DNA of 64,000 nucleotides from Penicillus capitatus (Eukaryota; Plantae; Chlorophyta): positions 601,101-665,100 of the forward strand of contig OZ287696.1 in the NCBI GenBank assembly GCA_965649825.1, read 5' to 3'. The notes beneath the pieces are model-generated. The model did no database searches. It was not told the origin of the DNA and saw nothing but the letters and a program-made list of their open reading frames with translations. Positions 50,807-62,958 of the stretch are shown here, one piece after another. The stretch's first letter is position 1, and each line of letters opens with the position of its first letter. The translations under genes were made by a program, and so were the position numbers.

Positions 50807-51703
50807 ATGGGGTTGAGCCACAAGAAGAGAGTTCGTCGCCATGTCGAATTCTATCTCAATGCATTCGGTTTCCACGAGCCCCTGAAAGTACGTGCATCTC
50901 GTGTCGGTATCGGGGAAACGTGCTGCAGATCTTGATCGACGGAAATTTCCTCCACCAAATTCAGCGGCTCAAGTGCGGAGATTGTATTCGAAGAATGCGT
51001 GCGAGGAGTGATGTGACAGACAGGGGGATCTCATCGACGTAGTACAGAGTGCATTGGGGTGTCGAGTGAAGCTCTTCTGCACGCCCTGTATCGTCAATGA
51101 GCTGCGATCTCTCGGAGAGCCCTTCGCTGCCACAACTGAGGCTGCCGAAGCTTTGAATGTGCATAAATGCGCGCATCGTCCCTTCGTCTCTGCCGCAGAT
51201 TGCCTCATTCGCTGTGCTGGAAGTGCGAATCTCGATCACTGGTGAGACGGGTGACATCGACACACCAATATGTGATGTGACGACGCATTAGGTGGATGGC
51301 CACACAAGATCCGAAATTGCGTGAGGTCCTGAATGGTATCCCCGGAGTTCCTTGTTTGTTCCTAACGCACAATGGGTTGTTCGTCGAGACGCCTTCTGAA
51401 GCATCCAAGAGGTCAGCTGAAACGACAGAGATGAACGCGCAGGGCATTGCAAAGTGGGAGTTAAAGACGGACGCTCTGAAGCATCTGCCAGAGATGTTAC
51501 CGTCCCGAGACCGCTCCATTTTTCGCAGAAAAAAAGCCAAAGGACCTAATCCTCTTTCCTGCTTAAAAAAGAAAGTTAAAGACACGGAAACCTCTTCTCC
51601 ACCGGATACAACACATGTCAAAGCAAAGCGAAGAAGACGCAAGAGACAGCCGTCCGACGAACAGATCTCAGCCAAAGCATCAAAAAAGAGAAAAGCGCCA
51701 TGA
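50807..51703 (+). CDS. UTP23: rRNA-processing PIN-domain protein UTP23, 4 exons
   Basis: FGFHEPLK|ILIDGNF, TPCIVNEL, KCAH..SAADC, ATQDPKLR..IPGVP and KKAKGPNPLSCLKKK. Confidence 0.88.
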
Positions 51704-53162
51704 TACATCTTCTCCTCACTGACGCTTGCATCTTGTAGTTTTCTATGGGTTGTTGTTTTCTGTGTCGTCAAGAGAATGGACTTGTGTGTCGTAAGCATCG
51801 CCATATCTCCCCTTATAAAATCTTCATTGAAAACTGCACAAAATGCGCTTCTTTAAACATTGGATCTTTCAAAACCTCTGTGCAAAAGACTGCGCTCCTC
51901 TGAATCCTCAGTGCCTGCAAAACACAAGAGATGCGTTAGATTCCTTAAGTGTTCTGGCACCTTTACTCTATTGTTCTGCCAAGCAAAAATTGAACGATAT
52001 GTCCTTGATCCCAGGACAGAGAGAATGACAATGACTGTGCTGTCGATGTTAAATCTGAGAGATTCTTGCTGAAGATATGTGTGTGTCAGTGTCAGAGATT
52101 TTGGAAGACAGATAGGTATGATGAGAATTAGAAGAAGATCAGAGCGATGTTCTGTCAAGGGCTCAATTTCATGATCCCGTGAAATCTGATGCACTTGGAT
52201 TTGCCAAACAGCTTTCCCCTAATCTCTTTAACCCAATGAACAACAGATTTGACTCCATCGGAGCACGTTTACAATCCTGTCGTCTGGCAAGGCCATACAA
52301 TGAAATCCTGTGCAGCTGATGTTACAGTTCATGTAAAATGGCCTTAAACTCTACGCTATATTATGATCATAACCTATATGATCATACGCAGTGCTGTTTG
52401 TTGCTTTGTGTATTTTGTATGTTCAAGCCATTTGTCGATCAGATGTCATTCGTTCCCCTTGTTGAGATACCTCATGTCAAGCAAGATGATCCCAGTCATG
52501 CCGTTGCTGGGTTGTTTCCCTTATTGGCGTTGTCTGTGATGTCGAGTAGCATGATCACCATCATCATTATCATCATCAATACCTAGTACATGAGCCGCAG
52601 AGTGATGTGTAGGAAGACCCATCATGAAAGACGGCCCGTCGAGAAAAATGAAGAGATTCAGTTGAGGAAATCCCCAGCCACAGCAGAAAAAGAATGAATA
52701 GAATGCAGCTTGAAAGATTCAAGTAAAAACAGGGTGCGAGATTCTACTGCTTGGTATCTCTGGCATGCAAACACACCCATGTATTTTGTATCCACCTGAC
52801 AGCCATGTTCAGTGCAACAACAAGTTAACAAAACGGATCCAACATCCACAGCTGTGCAATTCTAGATGAGCAGAATGGAACTTGAGTAAATACTTGTGAC
52901 AAAATGGAGCAGCGTCTAGTGATGGCACTCTTTTAAATCACACTTGAGAGAATCCATCATGTATGCATGCCATTCTAACCTTAGCCTCTGTCTTTATTGA
53001 GCTAGCTATGTCGCCCGGTGTGTGTTGCACAGCGAATCACCTCCCTCCCATTCAAAGAGGACACCCATTCATGACAGAAACACAAAACGAGATTGACAGA
53101 CAGCTACATGAACATTCCCATTCCCGACAAAACATCATCAACACCAGGACATGCCCATTGCC

Positions 53163-54899
53163 TTAACGATCATAGGGACCCGTTCTATGCGAAGAACGTT
53201 GTCTGGTTGTTCGCTCAGGGCCACCTGCACTTCTTAAATCTGCATCTCTGTGGTTACGATCGCCATACTCTCCACTCCTACGTTCATAATAAGCTGATTC
53301 TCTGCTCTTGTAGTCAGAAGCATATCGATGATCGCCTCTGGAATAATCATAACCAGCCGAACGATGTTCTTTGCTGTAATCCGTCGATGGATACACATCT
53401 CCGCGATGGTAGTCTTCCATGCGGTACTTGTATGCCTCTGAAGTGGCACGTTCCTTTGCATAGTTATATTTGTCAGCAATAGGTTCGGCAGAGGGTTTGG
53501 GGTAAGAGGACGAAGAATCCCAGTATCCTGTGTAGCTCCCACCACCCTTGCTGTAGTCTTTGCGGCCTTCGTCGGTTACCGAGCTTCGATACTCTGGATA
53601 CTCAACTCTCGGATCCTCCATGCGAGGGTATGGAGGATAAGGATGTCCAGGTTCTGGTTTTTCAGCTGGAGGTGGAGGATCGTATTTGCCATACCGTCCG
53701 CCGGCAGATTGAGAATCTCTTCGATGACCATAATGTCCATTCCATTCCTCCGATGCCGTCCCATTGTACTCTGTGGCGTGTTTCTCTTGTCCGTCAACAC
53801 TTGCATGGTATCGTCCAGTATAGCTGTGGTATTCACGTTCCGCTCCAGGCCGAGATTCGTAGTGCACCGGATCTGGCAGTGCTTCCGAGAATCCTGGAGC
53901 GGGAACGGGATTATGGGGATAGTGCGGCTCATCAGGATGCTCTAAGAATTCACGACTTCTCAAAGGAGGTGCAGGCTGTGAGTAAGGAATCGGAGGTGGC
54001 TGCTCCAGAACACGATTTGGTAAACAGGGTCGAGGCGGTGCGGGCGGAAACTGCCACGGCGCTGTCTCTGGTCGCAAATGTCCTCGAGGAAAACTGGGAG
54101 CGCCGGTTGGATAGGGAGGTGCAAACGGCGGTGGATAGCCACGACCTACCCTTCCGGCACTCTGCCCCCAATGCGGCAGACGCGGTGGTGGTGGTCCAAA
54201 GGCTACAGGTGGATACTCCATTGGTCCCACCACAGGACCGCGTCCAACATTGTACGGGTACACCTCATATCCTGGTGCAAATGGTGCTTCAAAGGCTGCT
54301 GGTCCTGGAGCGGGACCATAAGGCACAGGCTCTGGGAAGAATGCCTGTGCATAGGGAGGGAATGATCTCGAGCTCTGAAATCTTGGATCCATTTCATTCT
54401 GTCCCAGCAAAAGAGACATTATTCACAAGGCAGTGTGACGAAACTGTACGACCAAATTGCGGATCGTGACTTTGTTGCCCTTGAGTTCTTTTCCATTCAG
54501 TGAGCGGATCACCACCATTCGTTCTTGCGGCGTGCCGAACTCGCCAATCCTAAGGGACGTTTTCGAGACGGCATGGCAGGAGATGCCTCTTACCCCATGC
54601 CAGGGCCGACGACATCGGCGAAACGGACCTCACCGGCCAACCGGAGGAAATCTTTCAAATCCCTAGAACGGCGTGGAAGAGATAGGACGTATCGTGCAGA
54701 AGGCCCACCGCCAAGTGACCGTAGGAGCGAGATTGTGGACGGTCACGCGATATCCTCGAAACTGGAAGGGTCCATTGTAAGGGACACGTGGTAAGCCGTT
54801 GGGCCTCTTCGCGATGCCGTCGATGATTTTCTTGTCTACCGTCGTCGGCATCGACATCGCCTTGCTGCTGGTGCGTCCCTCGACTTCGCGTCCGTTCAT
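53163..54899 (-). CDS. SR-family-like protein: one pseudo-RRM plus a long Pro/Tyr/Arg/Ser low-complexity tail, 4 exons
   Basis: Spliced YRVTVHNLAPTVTWR|DLKDFLRLAGEVRFADV..G|IGEF..SLNGKELKG resembles the SWQDLKD RRM of SRSF1-like proteins, followed by a last exon of about 410 codons. Confidence 0.75.
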
Positions 54900-55080
54900 G
54901 TTTTCAATCGCAGGACGGGCGTTGTGGTATGCAGTTCACGTCGTGTGTATTGCGCAATCTTTTTGAGTCGAGAATGAGCGACGGAGACGACGCGGCGAAC
55001 ACTGCGCGACGAACCGTCGTCCTCATCGACGAGATGACTCATCCCGACGCCAGCTCGTCGCCGCGAAGGCCATTCGATCC

Positions 55081-56803
55081 ATGCAGTGCATCGCGTCTCT
55101 ATTCAGAAGGCGCCACCTGGCGTCGAGTGTGCGTTCGTTCGCGGCACTAACGGAGACATCGCTCATCGGTGAAACGTCTCCGTATGTGAAGTATGGTTCC
55201 CTCCTGCCGACGCCGACCAAGGTCCAACCTCTTCTCGGGGCGATCCCTGAAACGAAGGTACGCCTGAGGTGACGTTCAGAAGCTGCGAAGTATCTGACGG
55301 TACAGATCACGACGCTGCCGAATGGACTGAGAGTCGCGACAGAAACCCATCCCTTTGCCCGGACAGCAACGGTGGGCGTCTGGATCGATGCGGGATCGCG
55401 TTTTGAAAACGCGCAAAACAATGGGACTGCCCATTTTCTCGAACACATGGCTTTCAAGGGGACGAAAGTATAGGAAAGATAAATACGAGGCGATCTGGTC
55501 GATGGATGTTTAGGCACGCACGACGAAAGGTCTGGAAGTGGAAGTCGAGAACATGGGCGGACATCTGAATGCATATACCTCACGAGAGACGACATGTTAT
55601 TTTGCCAAAGTGATGGAGAGAGATGTGGCCAAGGCAGTGGACATTCTTTCAGACATTTTACAGAATCCCGTATTCGATGAACGTGCGATCGAGCAAGAGA
55701 GAGGCGTGATTCTGAGGGAGATGCAAGAAGTGAGGCGCCGTTTGATGTGTGAGGAGACAAAGAGACGTGTGATTAGGTGGAGAAGCAAACGGAGGAAGTG
55801 ATATTCGATCATCTTCATGCAACAGCATTTCAGTACAGTCCACTGGGGCGTACGATTTTGGGCCCGGCTGAAAACATAGAGCGCATCTCGAGAGGAGATC
55901 TGATCGACTACATTGCCACCCACTACAGTCCGACCCGCATGGCGAGAAGCGTGCAGAAAGAAGAGGGCAACAGGGGTGTCGATGTGCGTAGGTTCTCTCT
56001 GCGGCAGGGGCTGTGGATCATGAGACGATGGTCAAAATGGCAACAGAAAAATTCAATGCTTTGCCTCAAGATGCACTGACAGCTGCATCTCTTGTTCAAG
56101 AGGTCATGTCTGGTCTCTTCCTCTTCGCTGTGGACATCTGTGCATTGTGTTTCAGAATCCGGCAAAGTTTACAGGATCCGAAGTGCGTTTTCGCGATCCC
56201 GATCAACCCATCGTGCACTTCGCTGTGGCCTACAAAGGCGCAGCGTGGGCAGATCCAGATGCTGTTGCATTGATGGTCATGCAATCCCTCATTGGCAGCT
56301 GGAGTAAACGCAGTGGCGTTGGCGCCGATGGTCCCACAGAACTATCCCATCGCATCGCAACAAATGAGTCATGCCATTCCTACATGGCTTTCAACACCAA
56401 CTATCATGACGCTGGACTCTTTGGCATGTATGCCGTCTCACCGAAAGACAAAATCGAAGAAGCCAGTTGGTGCATCATGGACGAATTTACCCGTCTGTGT
56501 TACAACGTGGAAGAGGAAGAGGTCATCCGTGCACGCAATTCATTGAAGGCCATGATTCTGTTCTCGAACGAAGGCACGACGGGTGCAGCTGAAGACATCG
56601 GGCGACAGCTTCTCGTCTACGGTCGTCGTTTGACCCCAGCTGAGATGTTTGCCAGGATCGATGCCGTCGATGCCAAGGTTGTTAAACAAGTGGCCGAACG
56701 TTTCCTGTACGATCAGGACATTGCGATCGCTGCAGTGGGTGATACCTACTTGATGCCGGACTACAGCTGGTTCCGCCGAAAGACCTACTGGCTCAGATAC
56801 TGA
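55081..56803 (+). CDS. PMPCB: Mitochondrial processing peptidase beta / complex III core 1
   Basis: Arg-rich presequence, [23 protein letters not shown], the inverted zinc motif [13 protein letters not shown] and terminal [10 protein letters not shown]. Confidence 0.95.
55942..55991 (+). other. GC-AG intron in MPP-beta
   Basis: CGC ATG|GCGAGA...GCGTAG|GTT CTC restores RMVLSAAG. The nearest GT donor would insert three residues (ARS). Confidence 0.75.
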
Positions 56804-56926
56804 TATCCCTTGTGCACACGAAACAAGGATCTCTCTCGCTATGCTGTAGACATTCTTGTTAAAAGTGTGACATGAAAGAGTGAAAAACAGAGAACAGCGT
56901 GGGGAGGGTTACAAGGGGTACGGGGT

Positions 56927-57723
56927 TCACTGGGTGGCGTATCTGGACAACGTTCGGCGGATCTCTTTCTCTTCTTTCTCCAGTGTCTGGAGGGCAGACT
57001 GCAATTGTCCCATTTCTGCCATTCTTTGCATCCTCGCTAAATGCAATACCTCACATAAACGATGCGATCCATAATAAGATGGAGAAACCTCGCTTGATGT
57101 ATCCAAAACAGAGGAGACCACCACACAGGTAGACAGATGCACAGCCAATCAAGCACAGCCCTGCATCGAAAGCCATGAGAGGAAATAAGTTCTCTGCGAT
57201 TTCAGGTGGCATCACCTGAAATCTTCCGGTACAGTTGTAGGGACAGATGAAAGTCTCCTGTTCCATCGGACACCGCATGGGATAGTGTCAACACCGCTAG
57301 GAAGATCTGTTGTGTTTGAGCCATAGTGCTATTGCTGTGGTCAGCGGATGGGCTTTACTTGAAAGAGGCCACGGATAAGCCAACTTTCAAAAAGCCGCAC
57401 CTGTGCCATGAATCGTTGCCAATCAGATTCGACCAGGATAACGAAAGCGGAGAAAGCCGCGCCGTATAAACGCAAACTCTGGTCCAAAGCTGCTGTCAGG
57501 CTCTGTTTATGTCATACACATGCTCTGTCTCTGTTTCTAACGTAAGTGGGCTCACCTGTGCCAGGGGTGGACCCACACCAAACGCCATTGCTTGGGCAAG
57601 CATGCAGAGTGCGGCGCAAAGCATGGTGATGACATTGAGTATTCTGCAGAAGAGCAGGAAGATATCGGCACGGCGGCGTGTTTTGTTGGGCGTCACAAGC
57701 CCTGTCTCCTCATCGCCGTTCAT
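56927..57723 (-). CDS. COPI-associated / TVP15-like multi-pass Golgi membrane protein, 5 exons
   Basis: RADIFLLFCRILNVIT.., LRLYGAAFSAFVILVESDW, ESWLIRGLFQ|IFLAVLT, LCGGLLCFGYIKR and a C-terminal coiled coil. Confidence 0.75.
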
Positions 57724-58063
57724 CCTCGACCTGTCTTGGCCAACAGATGGGACAGTCAGTTCATTAAATCCAAGATGAAGCATTATTTTACAGCCGGTGC
57801 TTACAAAACAGCAAAGACTCCGCCACGAGCTGGTAGGGAGGAGGGTGGAGATTTCTTTAAGAAAACCCATGCAAATTCAATCACTGTCTAAACGTTCATC
57901 ATGAAATTTGTTCAAATAGAACGGAATCAGTCAGCTGATGGGACGAATCCCATTCAGATTTCAGTTTCGTGTGACTAAAAACAGAGTATCGATAAACAGT
58001 GTCGTGCAAAACCCTTAATAATGACGCAGGGAATAGGAGATCAGAACAAAAAAGAAAAAGTAG

Positions 58064-61000
58064 TTAGGAAAGACTCTCTTCAGGGGTGTTCTCTCTAGAA
58101 TGGACTTCGATCTGATGCTTAACGATTAGGTTTGGGACAAGCGAAGAGATGGACATAGGCTGCTGCGTGACGGGTGATTTGCCGTGGGATCGCAACCAGG
58201 CTGTAATTGCTTCTCTCTCATACGTATGACCGTCTGCTGCAACAACGGGATCTTGCATGAGGGACTTGGTGATAGGACAACACAAAAGCTCTTCGACGGA
58301 ATCAGAATCGCGATCTATCGAAACGGACAGACCCGTGTCGGACAGTTCTGTTTCGTGAGGTGGTGTTCGGACAGCGGGTGGCGTTTCTGCAGGTGACTGA
58401 ATGGATAACGGTGTCTGGACTGTCGACTGGCCTTGAACTGTGGCATCCTGCAGTGTCTTCATTCTTGAAGCGAGGAGTTTCACGACTTCTGCACGCTCTT
58501 TGTTGACAGCAATGTGTAATGCCGTTCTTTTGCTTCCAGTCATCAGAAATGGATCAGCACCATGCTCCAGTAGTAGCCTGATGACATCCAAATGCCCTTC
58601 CTGAGCAGCCACATGCAGAGCGACCGCCGCTGCCTAAGCATCAGAGAAATCCTTCTGAGTGAAAAAGAGAAGAATGGGTCGGCGGTCATACTTTTCCAGG
58701 GATGTTTGGGTCTGCCCCTGCCTCCAACAGTATTTTGACTGTTTCAAGAAACCCCTTAAACGCCGCGCTGTAGAGTGCAGTCTCATTATCCTAACGATCA
58801 CAGTCCTGTTCGCAAATCCTAAAGCCTTCCAGAAAGAACACGCACTTCATCGACAGCATTGACGTCTGCATTCGCTCCAACAAGAAGACGGACGCATTCA
58901 ATGTGGTTGTTCATGGCTGCGATGCAGATAGGCGGCGATGTTCCCTACCAGAACACCAATCATCAATTGCTCCATCATCACCAGAGTGCATCACGGGACA
59001 ATGACTTACACGAGCCTTTCGATTGACATCTGCTCCGTGCTCGAGCAGGATACGTGTAATGACGGCGTTGCCTGCATTGATCGCCGCATGGAGTGCAGTA
59101 ATCTCATGCTGCGTTTGATGATCGACGTTTGCTCCAGCCTCGGCCAGAGCCTTGACGATCATCGAGTTTTCATTCACCGTGGCGTTGTAGATTGGAGAAT
59201 TGCCCACGGTAGATACGGCGTTCAGATCAGCGTCTGCCGCAATAAAGATCTCGACCAAGTTCAAATCTTCTGCTTCAATGGCTACAAAAAGGGGCGTCAA
59301 TCCATTCTGTTCCCTCTCGTTCACATTGGCCCCGTGTTCCAGGAGAAGATTCGTGATTCCATAGAACCGATGTGCCGCCGCCAGATGTAACGGCGTGCGG
59401 ACTGCTTCCTCCACTGGTAAGAATCCACGGGGCTCCGCTCCAGCATTCAGTAACATTTTTACCAATTCTTCATCTTCGTGACGAATCGTCGCCATTAGCG
59501 GCGTGTTTCCATCTTCGCAGATGCAGTTGACATCGACAGGATATTCAAGCAGGAGACGGACGACTTCTTTTTGGTTGTTATGACAGGCGACGAAGAGGGG
59601 TGTGAGTTTATCATCGCCTCTTTGATTCACGTCCACTCCGTGCTCTAAGAGCATCTGCAGTATTTCGAGGTTTGCTTCAATGGCGGCGATGATCAGAATC
59701 GTGCGGCCATCTTCTCGTGCTACATTGATCTCGGCCTCTGCATCAAGTAACATCTGGACGCAGGTGGCATGATTATACAGCACGGCGACCATCAACGGTG
59801 TCATCTGTGTCTTGGTGGCGAGGTTAACAGGGGCATTCTTCTCCAGGAGATAACGCTCCAGTTCTTCGTGGCCCTTCTCGGCTGCCAGATAGAGAGGATG
59901 CGATCCATTGTCTGCTTGATCATGCAAATCCGATTTGCCTTTCTCGACCAGGACTTTGACAATCTCCAGATGCCCTTCGATACAGGCACAGTTCAACGGT
60001 GTTCGTCCGTTCTCGTTCCTTGCATGAACATTGGCTCCCATCTCAATCAACAGCTTTGTCACTTCGACTTTGCCGACCATGGCAACAGCGTGCAGTGCTG
60101 TGTGCTTATTGTCATCCATGACATCGATATTCACTCCATGGTCGAGAAGCAACTGGATGATTTGGGGATCGATTTCTGCCTCGACAGATTTTCCGACAGC
60201 AGCAAAGTGCATACTGGAGAGTCCTTCTGGTCCAATGGCATGAACGTCTGCGCCTTGGCTGATCAAGTACTCGGCGAAAGCTCTCTGGTCATTTCGAAGG
60301 GCCACAAGCAGCGGACTGCCTGTTTCTCCTCCTTCAATTGCTGACCCGGCCGCCATCAAAATCTTTCCGATCTTAATGCTTCCGGCTTTTGCAGCAAAAT
60401 GCAATGCAGTCCATCCATCCTAAGCAGAACCCTAATGCATCACTCGTATGTATGGTCAAGAAATCCAACCTTGTCTCTGTCATGAACGCTGCAACCGTTC
60501 TTAAGGCAGAGATCAATAAGATCCATATGCTCCCCTGTTACAGCAGCCATGAGGGAGGTGATGAGATTGCTGTCGTTCCGAACATTGATTGCCGCGCCGT
60601 GTTGGTGAAGCATTAATACTTTCTCATAGCTTAAGACACCGACAGCTCCAATCATCGGCGTGTATCCCTGTTTATCTCTTACGTCAATCTCGGCTCCACC
60701 ATCCACCAAGACCCTCATCGTCAACAAGTCTGACTTGGCAGCTGCAATATGCAGAGGCGTTCTGCTATTCTACATCGCACACGCTCTCGGGTGGGCACTG
60801 CATCTCTAGTATCAACTGCACCTTGTCTTTTGCATTGACGTCGGCTCCATTCGCCAGCAGCGTCCGTGCAGATTTGGGATAGCTGTTCTGGGCACAGTAA
60901 TGCAATGATGTGAATCCCTCTTCCTCTTTGGCATTGACGTCGCAGCCTTGATCAATTAGATACTGCACGAGTTCTGGATTGTCTGTTTTGATGGCCACCA

Positions 61001-61925
61001 TTAAACACGTGACTTGGGACTCCGACCGTGCATTTATGTTTGCTCCGAGCTTCAACAAATGCTGAATAATATCCAGTGCCCCTTCTTGACAAGCAAAGAA
61101 AAGAGGTGTCCAATGACTGTGATCTCCACCATCGATAGAAGCACCACGATCCAAAAGCAGTTGTAACATCTGCATTCCACCCTGTTTCGCGCAGAGATGA
61201 ATGGGTAAATGAAATTTCTAAACCATTGCCCATCATCATGACCTCCATCGCGAAGGCACACAGTCTCTTACTTGCCGTCCTCCCTTTGAATTGGGATCCG
61301 CTCCGAGATCCAGTAGTGATTTGACGATCTCGAAGTTTCCTTGGCGCACAGCGTCGTGTAAAGGCGTATCACCTTCCTGCCAGGATAGAACCGTCAAATG
61401 AGCGATATAACGAGGGAATCAAGTCTACCCCGTCACACACGTTGACACCTTGAGCTGAAGAAGTCACCAGGCAGCTGGGTCCGACATCCTCCTGTGGCGT
61501 CGGAGATTGGCGAGAATCGCGCGCCGCGCTTTGAGCGGCACGCATTAACGCCTGGAGCAATGCCTCTCCTGTCTGGTCGTCTGCGCCAGGCGTGAGCCTC
61601 AACGTCTGTACCGTAGAGCTTTGAGGCGTCCTTGTCCTTGCGAATAACGGCTCAATTTCTTCAACTTCTGACACAAGGCCGCGTCTGCCAAAAGAACGAA
61701 ACGAAACGAAACGAGAACACCTTCTTGAGATGTGTGGTCTGAGGGGACCGATTCCATCGTGCGTGGAGACGGTGTTGAATTTGCCACTGCTGCTGTTTCG
61801 TCGTTTGGTGAAACGGAACGCGGCAAGTCACGTTCTCGAATTTCTTCACGACCTTGTCGCGCCCCCACGCTGCTTCTTCGGTGAGTCTTAAGACGCGAGC
61901 GAACACCTTTTAATAGACCCTTCAT
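58064..61925 (-). CDS. Ankyrin-repeat (about 25 repeats) plus C-terminal U-box protein, probable E3 ligase
   Basis: Repeated G-x-TPLH-type units across the exons, and U-box LCCPITKSLMQDPVVAADGHTYEREAITAWL..SPVT..LVPN. Confidence 0.88.
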
Positions 61926-62958
61926 GGTTTGTTGCCCACAACGGCGGTCGTCGTTGTTGTTGTCGGTTTGCGAATTACAAAGAAGAAAGGGATGGTGAAC
62001 AGTTCGTATCGCGTCATGCAATGACAGCTCATGTGATAAGCACGGCAGAGATATGTGTGATGGCTTGATGTGACTTGGGGCATCGGGATCATTGCCAGGT
62101 GCTGACCCACTTCCTCACAACCGTCGAAGAACTGCCATGTTTGGGAGTCCCAGAATGGTAGGTAACATACATGGTGCTAGGGCGAGAAGAACTGGATCGG
62201 TTGTCATCTTTATTACTGCCTTTGAATGGCCTGCAGATTGCTAGCTCCAGATAACAGGACTGTGAATTGAGTATAGATATCTCTGTATGTGTTTGGTTAT
62301 CAAAGAAGATGAATCTATGGGATCCTGCCAGATGAACGGGATCTTTAATGCATTTAGCGTTTTCCCCCTCACCGGATAGAGATCTGGCCATGTGATCTCA
62401 CACTTTTCGATTTCACTAGTAACCGACGTCTAGGACAGCTGTGTTGCATCAATGCAACAGTCCAGTTGCCAAAGCAAATGAAAAGCACTCTGGTGATGAT
62501 TAGCTATGAGAACACGAGCTTCTTCTTTACTATCTGATACCGGTTCGATAAAACAGTGACTTGCGAGATTTAACAGTTATCGAAGAATCGGATAACGTAT
62601 CGCGGGTGTTTTTTAGGAATCGTGATGATAGGACCCCTTTCTTGTCATGAGCGTCCACTCTCTCGAGCATTCGGCTCAGATTGCAACGTGGGAATGTGAT
62701 GTGACGGATAAGCAAATGAGTTTATCGACAAGCGATTGAAAAGACAGAGGACTGAGTCATCTAATCTCCCCGCTTGTGTGGAATAGCTAAATTATGAGGT
62801 CACAGTATATTTTTCCTACCTGGCTAATTCAGTACATCTCGTTTAGACGCTTCACACTAAGACTGAGACAAGTGTTCTAACAAAGTGCGGTTATTGGATG
62901 TGGCCGACCTTCTATATCTGCATTCCTTCAGCGATGTCAGCTTTTCATGCACGTGGTC

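Noticed and set aside
32318-60344. Long antisense or alternative-frame ORFs (e.g. 32318-33217, 40092-40691, 53630-54469, 59769-60344)
   Set aside because: They overlap well-supported genes, carry no recognisable motifs and are typical shadow ORFs of coding sequence.
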